Counted from the first letter of the stretch, positions 18,580-28,381 are shown. The stretch: DNA of 64,000 nucleotides from Candidatus Woesearchaeota archaeon (GCA_002867475.1 PKTL01000051.1:4640-68639); one strand, 5' to 3'. A program made the numbers and translations. The notes: generated by a model from the sequence alone, not told the origin.

Positions 18580-18758
18580 ACATTTGCCGAGCCAGAATGG
18601 CGTTTTACTTGGCGAAACTATTTAAATGAAAGCACCCATTTATTAATCATGGCAAAACTTGACGTGCTTTTTCAAGCACTCCGCCAAAAAAAAATCAAGA
18701 ACACAGACAACAAATGCCCAATTTACAGGTAGAATTACGGGTGCGAAATCACGTTCTC

Positions 18759-18812
18759 TCTTATTAAATTAAATGTGAAATCTAAAAGGATTTGAATCGT
18801 CCCGGTTCATGT
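18759..18812 (+). repeat. 54-bp direct repeat, copy 2
   Basis: Identical to 16082..16135. Confidence 0.8.
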
Positions 18813-18875
18813 TATGAAGAGTCAAGCTCTTCAAAGTTCAAAGCAAAGCTTTAAACAATCCGGGCGTTAGCGCCA
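18799..18875 (+). other. second tRNA 3'-end-like module: CCCGG / TTCA / ~48-nt structured insert / AAT / CCGGG / CGTTAGC-G-CCA; acceptor 3' strand differs from copy 1
   Basis: Same architecture as 16124..16203 but with different insert hairpins (GAAGAG..CTCTTC; AAAGCTTT palindrome) and a different acceptor strand; no complementary 5' strand GCTAACG found nearby. Confidence 0.4.
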
Positions 18876-18925
18876 TTCAAATCATTCCATTAATTTTAAA
18901 AACCCTTAAATTCCTTTTAGATAAT

Positions 18926-19237
18926 ATGATAAAAAAGATTATCGCATTATTGATGCTTCCTTTAGCAATATTTATTATTCTTGAAGAGATAAATATTTTT
19001 TCATTGAATCTATTTGTTGATAAAGTCTTAATTGGAGCACTTGCAATGATTGCTTTTCAGATCACTAACTTAATATTTTTAAAAATACATAATGGACACC
19101 TTGGAATCTTACAAGTTACTACAAGTCTTTTGTTCATCATCCCAGGAATAGTTTATTTTCTTCCCTTTACTATTCTAAATATTAAACTTATTATTGGTGT
19201 CATGATGCTTGCTGAAAGCAGCTACGCGATGCATTGA
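18926..19237 (+). CDS. small integral membrane protein
   Basis: 103 aa with three hydrophobic helices. Confidence 0.3.
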   Translation: MIKKIIALLMLPLAIFIILEEINIFSLNLFVDKVLIGALAMIAFQITNLIFLKIHNGHLGILQVTTSLLFIIPGIVYFLPFTILNIKLIIGVMMLAESSYAMH

Positions 19238-19285
19238 TATTAGTATAACCACAAGTTTATAAAGAAAGATTTCCAAGAATTAAAT

Positions 19286-19709
19286 ATGGATCTAAGATGG
19301 ACTCTTGAAAGATTAAACAAAGAAAAAGATTATGAAGACAAATTAGTCTCTGACCTTTCAAATTATTTTATTACAAGTCTTGAAAATATTGAGGATATGA
19401 CTAATTCTGAAAAGCAAAAAGTTGATAGCAGCCTTAGGATAATAATTCGAGATAGTGAAAAGCATGCTGCTTATTTTGCACATATGATAAGTAAGGTGGT
19501 GAATCATGGAGAAGATGACTACTAGGGCGGAATTTATAGAACGATTAAAAGAGATTAGAGCAGTTGAGATTCTTGCTAGAAAAAGTTATTTGGAAGATGT
19601 TGCACTTTTCAAGAACTCCGAATTAAAAGTCAGAATCCAAGAAATCAAAGATGATGAAGATAAGCACATACTTATTCTTGAGCAATTGATTTACATGCTT
19701 GAAAACTGA
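19286..19709 (+). pseudogene. ferritin/rubrerythrin-like four-helix protein split into two overlapping ORFs (19286..19525 and 19506..19709); either a frameshift/pseudogene or a two-peptide arrangement
   Basis: Each half carries one E..H diiron-type motif (SEKHAAYFAH; DEDKHILILEQL); the ORFs overlap by 20 nt in different frames. Confidence 0.3.
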
Positions 19710-20193
19710 TAAGATAAACTTTATATATTTACTATTATTTAATAGTGTTATGAGAAGAATTATTCCAGCATTACTATTATATCTTGTTATCTTTGCAATT
19801 TTCTTTTTTCTGTCATTATATAATTATTATTTGAACAGGCCTTTTTTTGATATTGGGATACCAACAGAAACAACCAATATATTGATGATACTTCTTTCAG
19901 CTGGTGGAATAATCAAGACTGCATACCACATAATAAAAGTGTGATCTTAAAATCTTATACTTATCCACCTTTGACATTTCCTACAAAATAGAAATGGTTT
20001 TTCATCAACTAATCCTTGGTTTAATGGTTTCATCCAGGAAACACATCCTTCGTGTCTACACTCTTTTTTTGTCACTTTATAATTCGAAATTTTGAAGGGT
20101 TTATAATATTTTAGAAAAGATATAAAAAGAATTAACAGAAATTATTTAATATCTCACAAAAGATATAAAAAGGATTAGTTCAAGTGATAAATT

Positions 20194-22134
20194 ATGAAAA
20201 GATTATTCTTGATAATGTTGTTTATTCTTTTACCTTTTGCATTAGCTGATGAAGCTGAAGATATAATCTATGCTAATAAGCTAAAAACACATTTAACTAT
20301 ATCATCAAGTTTTGATATAATAAAAACAAAACCAAGTTATCAAATTGAATATGTCACTGTAAAATTATCTTATCTCCCATTAGCGTCGTATAGACAGGAG
20401 ATTGTTTCTCATATCACTTCACCTAAAAGTGTTGAGGAAGGAGATTATCTCTCATTCAATTGGAATAATCCCAGCATAGGAAATGAAGAATTTAGTTCTG
20501 AATATATTGTGTTAACAGAATCAAAATTTTTTCCTGTCACAAAAGAAGTGTCTTTTCCCATAATTAACCTCGATAAAGAATTCATACAATATATGAATCC
20601 AACCAAGCTTATTGACATTAATGAAGACATAAGAAAGCTTGCCAATGATATTCGTGGAAGCAATGATGACCTTTATAGCATTGTTTTTGATGCTGCTATT
20701 TGGGTCAATGAAAATATTGATTATGATCTTTCCACCGCTACTGCTGAAGCTAGTCTTTCATCTAGCTGGGTTCTTGAAAACAGGCGAGGTGTTTGTGATG
20801 AAATGACAAATCTTTTCATAAGCCTACTAAGAAGCCTAGGTATCCCTGCAAAATTTGTAAGCGGAATAAGCTATACAAATAGTGAGCAATTTACTGAACC
20901 TTGGGGACCTCATGGTTGGGCAGAAGTTTATTTTCCCGAATTTGGTTGGGTTCCTTTCGACCCCACATATGGACAATATGGTTTCGTTGATGCTAGCCAC
21001 ATAAAATTAAAGGAAAGTATTGATAGCGATAAATCAAGTATTGATTATGAATGGCTTAGTTCAGGAGTTGATATCCAAGGAAATATACCTGATAATGATA
21101 TTGAAGTTCTTGAGAAATATGGAAAGACAAGCTCAGGATTATCTTTTGAATTAGATACTTTGAAAGATGAAGTTGGTTTTGGATCATATGCAGTTGTGAG
21201 TGCTGAAATATCCAATCTATTTAATGAATATCGTACATTCAAGGTTGAACTTGTAGGCACTAAAGAAACAGGTATTGAAGACCAAGTAAAATATGTTATA
21301 TTGAAGCCAAAAAAAACAAAAGAGATAGCTTGGAAGATAAGATTTCCAACAAATCTTAATAAGGATAGCATTTACACTTTCCCTTTTAATGCATATGATA
21401 ATTATGGTAATTCATATGAGACTTCAATATTTGTTTCTCAAAAATTTATCATTATGGATGAAGAAATGGTTGATCTTTACATTGAATCATTGAATGAAAA
21501 TGAGATGTTGCTTGATGTAAAATTGGATTGTGTTTCTAAATCAAGCATCATGGTTGGTGAGAAAAATAATATCTCATGTTCAACGGAAGATTTAGAAGGG
21601 CTTACTGCTTGTTTAGATGATGAATGTAAGCCTGTTAAAGGAGATTTCTATTTTGAAAGATCTTATGAATCCGCAGGGGCATATCCTCTTCTTATATTGT
21701 TGAAAAAAGGTGAGCTTACCAAATCTTATTTTACCCAACTGCTTGTTCTTGATAACCCTCAAGTTGATGTTTCATGGGGGGAGTACAGCGACACGCTTCT
21801 TTTTAGTGAATCTACAAGAATCAGTTTTGAGATTGAAAGGACAAGTTTATCAAAGCCTTCAAACATGGAAGTTATCATAGAATATAATGGGCAATCATCA
21901 TCAAATCGTGTCGATGATTTTGAGGACTCAAAAATTATTCAATTAATATTAGAAGGAAGTGATCTTAATATCGGAAAAAATGATATTAAACTTCTCGTTA
22001 CTTATGAATACAATACAGGAAACAAATTTTCTCAAGAATTTTCAACAAGCATAAATATGAAAACTTCTAATTTTTGGGAATATCTCATGTCCAAATTAAA
22101 TTCATTTTCTATCTTTTTGTATAATCTTATGTAA
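20194..22134 (+). CDS. secreted transglutaminase-like cysteine protease domain protein
   Basis: Signal peptide; Cys-His-Asp core GVCDEMTNLF...GPHGWAEVYF...FDPTYG typical of transglutaminase-like domains. Confidence 0.65.
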   Translation: MKRLFLIMLFILLPFALADEAEDIIYANKLKTHLTISSSFDIIKTKPSYQIEYVTVKLSYLPLASYRQEIVSHITSPKSVEEGDYLSFNWNNPSIGNEEFSSEYIVLTESKFFPVTKEVSFPIINLDKEFIQYMNPTKLIDINEDIRKLANDIRGSNDDLYSIVFDAAIWVNENIDYDLSTATAEASLSSSWVLENRRGVCDEMTNLFISLLRSLGIPAKFVSGISYTNSEQFTEPWGPHGWAEVYFPEFGWVPFDPTYGQYGFVDASHIKLKESIDSDKSSIDYEWLSSGVDIQGNIPDNDIEVLEKYGKTSSGLSFELDTLKDEVGFGSYAVVSAEISNLFNEYRTFKVELVGTKETGIEDQVKYVILKPKKTKEIAWKIRFPTNLNKDSIYTFPFNAYDNYGNSYETSIFVSQKFIIMDEEMVDLYIESLNENEMLLDVKLDCVSKSSIMVGEKNNISCSTEDLEGLTACLDDECKPVKGDFYFERSYESAGAYPLLILLKKGELTKSYFTQLLVLDNPQVDVSWGEYSDTLLFSESTRISFEIERTSLSKPSNMEVIIEYNGQSSSNRVDDFEDSKIIQLILEGSDLNIGKNDIKLLVTYEYNTGNKFSQEFSTSINMKTSNFWEYLMSKLNSFSIFLYNLM

Positions 22135-22170
22135 ATATTTAAATAATAGTTCCAAATATTTCTTTCTATC

Positions 22171-23448
22171 ATGCTAGATATAAAATTATTGAGAGAAAAT
22201 CCTAAAGTTATAAGAGATGATTTAAAGAAGAGAAATGATAGTGAGAAGCTTAAGCTTCTTGATAAGACCATACAGCTTGACTCTGAATGGAGAGAAGAGC
22301 TAAAGAAAGTTGAAGCATTAAAGGCTGAACGTAATAAGCTTTCAAAACAGGTAAACCAGGTTAAAAAAGAAGGCGGCGATATAAAGCCTATCCTTGAGGA
22401 AGTTAAGGCTATTCCTGAAAAGATTGCTGAGATACAGGAAGGTGTTGATATCCTTTTCAAAACTATCAGATATAATCTTATGGCTTTGCCAAATATCCTT
22501 CACGAATCTGTCCCAATCGGTGCTAGTGATGAAGAGAATATTGAAGTTAGTACTTTTAATGATAAGCCAAAGCATGATTTTGAACTTATTAGCCACGTTG
22601 ATCTTTTACCTCAGATAGGTGCTGTCGATCTTGAGAGAGCAGCAAAGATTTCAGGCGCAAGATTTTATTTTTTAGAAGGAGATCTTGCAATGCTTGATTT
22701 TGCACTACAAAAATATGCTATCGATTTCATGAATAGTAAAGGTTTTAGGATTGTTTATCCTCCTTTCATGATGAACCGTGAAGCGTACGAAGGAGTCACT
22801 GACTTGGACGATTTTGAGGAAGTCATGTATAAGATTGAAGATGAGGATCTTTACTTGATAGCTACTAGCGAACATCCTATGACTGCAAGGTTTAAGGATG
22901 AAGTTCTTGATGCTAAAGACCTCCCTATAAAGAATGCTGGTATCAGTGCTTGTTTTAGAAAAGAGGCTGGTGCTCACGGAAAGGATCAGAAAGGAATATT
23001 TAGGGTTCATCAGTTCAATAAGATTGAGCAGATAGTTCTTTGCAATCAAGAGGATAGCTATACTTATTTTGATGAGATATTCAATAACGCGCTTGAGCTT
23101 TTCAAAAGCTTAGGTCTTCATGGAAGGGTTGTTAATGTCTGCACGGGTGACATGGGAACTGTTGCTGCAAAAAAGTTTGACATAGAAGTATGGTATCCTG
23201 TTCAAGATGCTTATAGAGAAGTTGTTAGTTGCAGTAATTGCACAGATTACCAGAGCAGACGACTTAATATCAAGTATAGGACTCCTGAAGGCAACAAACA
23301 GGTTCATACATTGAATAGCACTGCTATTGCTACAAGTAGAGCAGTTGTTGCAATTGTTGAGAATTTCCAAGATAAGGAAGGAAACATCCACATCCCCGAA
23401 GTTCTTTGGCCTTATATGAATGGTGTTAAGGTTATCAGCAAGAAATAA
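22171..23448 (+). CDS. serS: seryl-tRNA synthetase
   Basis: N-terminal coiled-coil tRNA-binding arm; class II motifs (FRKEAGAHGKD, GDMGTVAAKKFDIEVW). Confidence 0.9.
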   Translation: MLDIKLLRENPKVIRDDLKKRNDSEKLKLLDKTIQLDSEWREELKKVEALKAERNKLSKQVNQVKKEGGDIKPILEEVKAIPEKIAEIQEGVDILFKTIRYNLMALPNILHESVPIGASDEENIEVSTFNDKPKHDFELISHVDLLPQIGAVDLERAAKISGARFYFLEGDLAMLDFALQKYAIDFMNSKGFRIVYPPFMMNREAYEGVTDLDDFEEVMYKIEDEDLYLIATSEHPMTARFKDEVLDAKDLPIKNAGISACFRKEAGAHGKDQKGIFRVHQFNKIEQIVLCNQEDSYTYFDEIFNNALELFKSLGLHGRVVNVCTGDMGTVAAKKFDIEVWYPVQDAYREVVSCSNCTDYQSRRLNIKYRTPEGNKQVHTLNSTAIATSRAVVAIVENFQDKEGNIHIPEVLWPYMNGVKVISKK

Positions 23449-23497
23449 TATTTCTTTTTGATAAGTTTTATATACTCTTTTTATTCAAATTATTTTT

Positions 23498-23860
23498 ATG
23501 AGAGGTAAAGGCATTAGTCAGATAATTATTGGACTTTTTGTTTCTGCTATTAGTTTTTATATGAATTCATTGAATAAGGATAGCAAATTCACATTATTTC
23601 TCTATATTGGATTAATATTTTTTGGCTATGGAATTATAAAATTTGGAATCTATTTCTTGTTCTTTAGAGATAAGAAAGAAGAAAAAACTAAAGAGAAAAA
23701 AAATCCTAAAATGATGCACCCTCAAGAGGTTAAGCAATTCAAGAACCACAATAGTCCTATGGATAATCATCACCCCACAATTGTTGCTTGTCATGCGTGT
23801 CAGACAAAACATTATAGTACTGCTAATTTCTGTCAGATGTGCGGTGCTAAGATAAAATAG
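23498..23860 (+). CDS. membrane protein with C-terminal zinc ribbon
   Basis: Two TM helices plus CHACQ...CQMCG. Confidence 0.4.
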   Translation: MRGKGISQIIIGLFVSAISFYMNSLNKDSKFTLFLYIGLIFFGYGIIKFGIYFLFFRDKKEEKTKEKKNPKMMHPQEVKQFKNHNSPMDNHHPTIVACHACQTKHYSTANFCQMCGAKIK

Positions 23861-23869
23861 AAAAATAAG

Positions 23870-24667
23870 TTATATATTTTTATTTCTTTCATTATAAGGA
23901 GTATACCACCAAGGCTTCTGAAAACCAAATCTTGATAATTGGGCACCAGACTCATGGCTTACACCTCTTGAATGAATTACTTGATAAGATGCTAAATAAG
24001 GAAAATGCTTTGACACATGTCTATTCTCAAAATATCTATCAAGACCATCAATCAATTCACTATAGCTTACCTCATTCGTGTTTCCTGGTTTTCTTTGCAT
24101 GAAAAGTGCAAGATCTTCAATATCAGGATTGTTGTTAATTGCAAGTATCATCTCAATTATTCCAAGATTTGCTGTACAATCATGATTTTCTTGTTCGAGA
24201 TGGATGTCATAATCTGCTTCAGAAGGAGAAGGATATGTTGAATTAGTGTGAGTATGCATGGTGAGGACACGAAAACCGCATCTATCTTCACCCTTAATTG
24301 AAGGAAAACTTTTCCTATGCCCCTGATAAAATACCTCTTGTTTTTTTACAAATTCTAAGTAATCAAGGTCTTTTCTTAAATTGAGAACAAATGCAAGTTC
24401 AGGAATATAATCAACACCTTTATGATAAGCATAGTCCTGCATGACTCTCATCTCCCCACAGCACCAAAACTGGCTGACATAGGGTGGTGTGACCATATCT
24501 TCATCACCAATTATTATATCTTTTGAGAAACTAAATCCAAGTAGAGGATCATAGAATACTTCAAATAAGGTTTCAAAATTTGTAGCATTTGATATCTCTC
24601 CAGCTAGTGCTAATCCAGCTTTAAAATCAGAGTCCTTACACAAATTATTTAATGTTGTTACTTTCAA
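23870..24667 (-). CDS. JAB/MPN (JAMM)-like metalloprotease-domain protein, putative
   Basis: HTHTNSTYPSPSEAD resembles the JAMM H-x-H-x7-S-x2-D motif but has a one-residue insertion. Confidence 0.35.
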   Translation of the reverse strand: MKVTTLNNLCKDSDFKAGLALAGEISNATNFETLFEVFYDPLLGFSFSKDIIIGDEDMVTPPYVSQFWCCGEMRVMQDYAYHKGVDYIPELAFVLNLRKDLDYLEFVKKQEVFYQGHRKSFPSIKGEDRCGFRVLTMHTHTNSTYPSPSEADYDIHLEQENHDCTANLGIIEMILAINNNPDIEDLALFMQRKPGNTNEVSYSELIDGLDRYFENRHVSKHFPYLASYQVIHSRGVSHESGAQLSRFGFQKPWWYTPYNERNKNI

Positions 24668-24740
24668 ATTAGAAAATAAGATTTCATATTAATATAAAAA
24701 TTTAATTGTATTAAATTTTGTGGTCACTAAGATAAAATAA

Positions 24741-25850
24741 TCATAAATTTATGTTTTGATAGGAAATCTTATTCTCATCAAAAGTTATAATACCATATTT
24801 GCTATTATCTAAACAACCAGAATTCCAAAATAACTCATTATGAAATTCTCCTTGGACTAAAGGATTGCCTTGATTATCCGTTGCTCGATGACTGCTTTCA
24901 TGGAAATGGCCACTTACAGCTTTAGTTATTCCTAGTTCAGAATAAAGATCTCTTAAACCAACATTTCCCCTATTAGCTTTTCTCTCGACTGAAATCATAA
25001 CTTTTTCCTGAGCTTCTTTTTCCATAAGACTTACTGCTTCATCTAGAATCTCATCATCTGAAACACCAAATCCAAAAGTTTTTATTCCTTGAGCTTCTAT
25101 TTGTTTTCTTGGAATAACTCCGGGAACAACACTTATCTCAGTATATGTGAAGTTGTTAAAATCATTTCTAAAATCTCTATGATATGCTCTTTGTTCATGA
25201 AAATGAGCCATATCAACTCCTGTTTCTAGATTATCAAATCTTCTTGGAACATGACATACAACCACAGTCTTTTCTGAATCATTAACATGCTTTATTATAT
25301 CTTTTGGATTCTTATAGGATAAAAAGCCCTCAATAGGTTTAAACTCATCCATAAAATCTCGATGATCCTTAGAATTTACATGAAGATCAAAGTAAAAACC
25401 ATAATTTGCTGGAACCAATCCTTTAGAAGTTTTTATGTAAGTTCCTGTTTCTAAATCATCTGAAACTTGAAAATAGAATTCGCCACCTGCATTCCAATCC
25501 GAACCAGGAATAAATAGAACATCACTTCCTCCTATTTTCACTTTATCAGTTTCTAAAAGATCTATAAGATTTGAATACTTGCTTGAAAAATGATCAATCA
25601 CTGGTTTATATGAGCCATATGTCTCATGACTTCCTGGTTGTACCATCACTTCCATCCCTGTTTGTGATAGAAAGCTGAATATCCTAGCATACATTTCTTG
25701 ACTATCTTTTAAAGTACGTTGAGAATCACATATATCCCCATTAAGTATTACTTTTTTTATTCCTTCATCTTGAAATCTTCTAAAAGCGTCACCATATGCT
25801 TGAAAATAATTATGGACATCAGAAATGATGCCTACTTTTTCTTTTACCAT
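24741..25850 (-). CDS. calcineurin-like metallophosphoesterase
   Basis: GIISDVH...NGDICD...GSHE motifs. Confidence 0.7.
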   Translation of the reverse strand: MVKEKVGIISDVHNYFQAYGDAFRRFQDEGIKKVILNGDICDSQRTLKDSQEMYARIFSFLSQTGMEVMVQPGSHETYGSYKPVIDHFSSKYSNLIDLLETDKVKIGGSDVLFIPGSDWNAGGEFYFQVSDDLETGTYIKTSKGLVPANYGFYFDLHVNSKDHRDFMDEFKPIEGFLSYKNPKDIIKHVNDSEKTVVVCHVPRRFDNLETGVDMAHFHEQRAYHRDFRNDFNNFTYTEISVVPGVIPRKQIEAQGIKTFGFGVSDDEILDEAVSLMEKEAQEKVMISVERKANRGNVGLRDLYSELGITKAVSGHFHESSHRATDNQGNPLVQGEFHNELFWNSGCLDNSKYGIITFDENKISYQNINL

Positions 25851-25977
25851 ATATTTTGGTAAATTTAAACATATATAAACATTTTGTTTTTGTTATCACT
25901 AATAAGTAGTTTAATAGTTTTATAGATTTTAGATAGAAATGAATCAAACCAATAAAAATAAAATATAGAATAAGAGC

Positions 25978-26145
25978 TTATTTGCTCTTTGTAAAAGTAT
26001 AGGTTCTCATCTTTGGACCATTTCCATAGCCACATGACGAGCAAACTTTTTTAGTCTTATGATAGGTATGTCCTCCACATCTTCTGCACATGATGTGGGT
26101 TTTCCCTTTGGAATGCTTTCCTTGACTTGCTGTTCCTTTACTCAT
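25978..26145 (-). CDS. rpl37e: 50S ribosomal protein L37e
   Basis: 55-aa ORF (below the ORF-track cutoff): MSKGTASQGKHSKGKTHIMCRRCGGHTYHKTKKVCSSCGYGNG... with a C4 zinc ribbon; classic LSm–L37e adjacency. Confidence 0.75.
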   Translation of the reverse strand: MSKGTASQGKHSKGKTHIMCRRCGGHTYHKTKKVCSSCGYGNGPKMRTYTFTKSK

Positions 26146-26154
26146 TTATATCAC

Positions 26155-26379
26155 TTAAGCTGGATTTATTATTGTGATTGTATCTCCTCTAATAAAAACA
26201 GTTCCAAGTTTTCTTTTTAGTTCGCCATCAACTTTTTCTTCTGTTTCTTCTAGGACGATATTTATGTGAATGTCAAATGCTTTCAATACTCCAACGTATT
26301 GCCTGTTATTTTTTAGTTCTACAATTACTCTTTTATTTCTTGAACTGTTTAATGCGTCTAATGGTCTTGATGCTTCCAT
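26155..26379 (-). CDS. Sm-like archaeal protein (LSm/SmAP)
   Basis: PLDALNSSRNKRVIVELKNNRQYVGVLKAFDIHINIVL Sm1/Sm2 fold. Confidence 0.8.
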   Translation of the reverse strand: MEASRPLDALNSSRNKRVIVELKNNRQYVGVLKAFDIHINIVLEETEEKVDGELKRKLGTVFIRGDTITIINPA

Positions 26380-26495
26380 ATTATTTTACACCTCGTGTGT
26401 AAATTGAAGGAATTGTCATCCATATATAAATGTTTTGAATATTTGTCGCTGTTTATTAAGGAAGTTTTTTATATATATCCTCTGCACAAGGAAAT

Positions 26496-27131
26496 ATGGA
26501 AAAATTAAGAAAGATTGAAACTGCAGATGGTTCAATTACCTATTTCAATCCGAAATTTGGTGAAGCATATCACAGCATCACTGTCGGTGCGATGGATGAG
26601 GCACGAGTAAAATATGTTGAGCCTGCAGATATAAAAAGTGGTGATAAAGTTCTTGATTTTTGTTTTGGTCTTGGATATAATAGTCTTTTAGCAATTGAAT
26701 TAGTTAAAGACATACAAATTGTAGGTATTGAAAAAGACAAAGGAATACTAAAAGAAATTCTTGATAATAAGCCTCCAAAATATGATGAATCTTATGAGAA
26801 AATTAAATCTGCTGTTCTTGATACATTAAATGATAGAGAGAACAATAATGTAAATATTATTTTGGGTGATGGATTAGAAGAAGCTAAAAAATTAAAAAAT
26901 AAGTATTTTGATGCAATATTGTTTGACCCTTTCAGTCCGGGAAAACACCCCGAACTTTGGTCAAAAGAAGTTTTCAATGAAATGTTTAGGGTCATGAAAA
27001 AAGGTGCAAAGCTTACAACTTATAGTTGTGCGACCTGGATACGGAATAATATGAGAGAAGCAGGTTTTGAAGTGGTGGATGGACCAATATTTGGTCGTAA
27101 AAGCGCTAGTACAGTCGCGATAAAACCTTAA
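26496..27131 (+). CDS. SAM-dependent methyltransferase, MnmC methyltransferase-domain-like (DUF752)
   Basis: VLDFCFGLGYN SAM motif; DPFSPGKHPELWSKEVF matches the MnmC MTase-domain signature. Confidence 0.6.
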   Translation: MEKLRKIETADGSITYFNPKFGEAYHSITVGAMDEARVKYVEPADIKSGDKVLDFCFGLGYNSLLAIELVKDIQIVGIEKDKGILKEILDNKPPKYDESYEKIKSAVLDTLNDRENNNVNIILGDGLEEAKKLKNKYFDAILFDPFSPGKHPELWSKEVFNEMFRVMKKGAKLTTYSCATWIRNNMREAGFEVVDGPIFGRKSASTVAIKP

Positions 27132-27136
27132 TTAAA

Positions 27137-27508
27137 TCAATATATTTTTAATTCATCCACCATTATAACAAGGCCATACTTGTCCTCGTCAACTTTTCCA
27201 GTAAACTCTATTAATTGATTTTCTTCCAAAGCAATTTCTAGCTTTTCAAAGCCTGTTATCTTGAATTTGTACTCTTTTGGATATATTGTGAAACTTTCAT
27301 TATAATATTTGACACTACTAACCCTTACTTTGCTTTGGAGAGTTTTCCCAATATGTGTCTCGTCTATATTTCCTGGTTCGATTCTAGGAATCTCACTGTT
27401 TAGAAATATTAGATATAATAATATGAGACCTATTAAAGATACTGAAACACTCACTTTTTTAAGATCCATAATGTTTGTTTTAAAAAAAAGATTTAAATAG
27501 TTAATCAT
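27137..27508 (-). CDS. membrane-anchored hypothetical protein
   Basis: N-terminal TM helix followed by a beta-rich domain. Confidence 0.3.
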   Translation of the reverse strand: MINYLNLFFKTNIMDLKKVSVSVSLIGLILLYLIFLNSEIPRIEPGNIDETHIGKTLQSKVRVSSVKYYNESFTIYPKEYKFKITGFEKLEIALEENQLIEFTGKVDEDKYGLVIMVDELKIY

Positions 27509-27521
27509 AATATATTAATGA

Positions 27522-28097
27522 ATGGCATTTGATATAAGAAAAATTTTTGTTATACTTGCAGTGGCAATACTTTTTACACTATTTAGCTTTGCGCTTTTTG
27601 AAGCATTCTACCCAAATATTGAATGGAATGACTATTGTGAAGATAAATTTTACCAATCAATAAATGGGTCAGGTGAGTGTGAAGCTTATGGAGGTAAATG
27701 GACAAATTATGATGTTCGGGTTCCAGTTGAGAAACAAAGCATAGAAAATGGATACTGTGACATAAACTATTATTGCAACGAAGATTATGATGAAGCTAGA
27801 GATCAAAGATATTATTATGGTTTTATTTTTTTATCTATACTTGGAGCAATAGCTATAGTTTTAGGCATAAATCTCCCTTTAACAAATCCAATAAATGAAT
27901 GGATAGGTACTGGTTTTATGCTTGGAGGCTTGTTCAATATTTTCCTTGGAACCGCCATGTATTATCAAGATTTAAGCAGGTATATGAAGCCAATAGTTCT
28001 TTTCCTTGAACTTGCACTTGTTATCTTCTTGACATACAAAAAGCTTGGTGAAGAAAAAGAAAGAAAAAAGAAGAAAAAAAAATTTTTCTTTTTTTAA
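27522..28097 (+). CDS. Cys-rich membrane protein
   Basis: N-terminal TM, a Cys-rich extracellular segment, and three C-terminal TM helices. Confidence 0.35.
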   Translation: MAFDIRKIFVILAVAILFTLFSFALFEAFYPNIEWNDYCEDKFYQSINGSGECEAYGGKWTNYDVRVPVEKQSIENGYCDINYYCNEDYDEARDQRYYYGFIFLSILGAIAIVLGINLPLTNPINEWIGTGFMLGGLFNIFLGTAMYYQDLSRYMKPIVLFLELALVIFLTYKKLGEEKERKKKKKKFFFF

Positions 28098-28381
28098 TAT
28101 TTACTTTACTTTTTTTATTTAATTTATAATTCTAAAAGTTATTAAATTCGAAACATTTATATATAACTGCACCTATACTAATATACATAAATGTATACTG
28201 GGTTTGGTAGAAAGGGCAGAAATACTCAAAAAAAATCAATAAAAAAATTGAGGTGAAGTCCATGGCAATAGTAAGTTTAGAAGACTACAAAGAATTAATG
28301 GAAGAATTTGGGTTTGAAGAATAAACCCTTCCTTTTCTTTTTTATAGAAATTTTTTTATATATAAATAATTTATAGAATTT

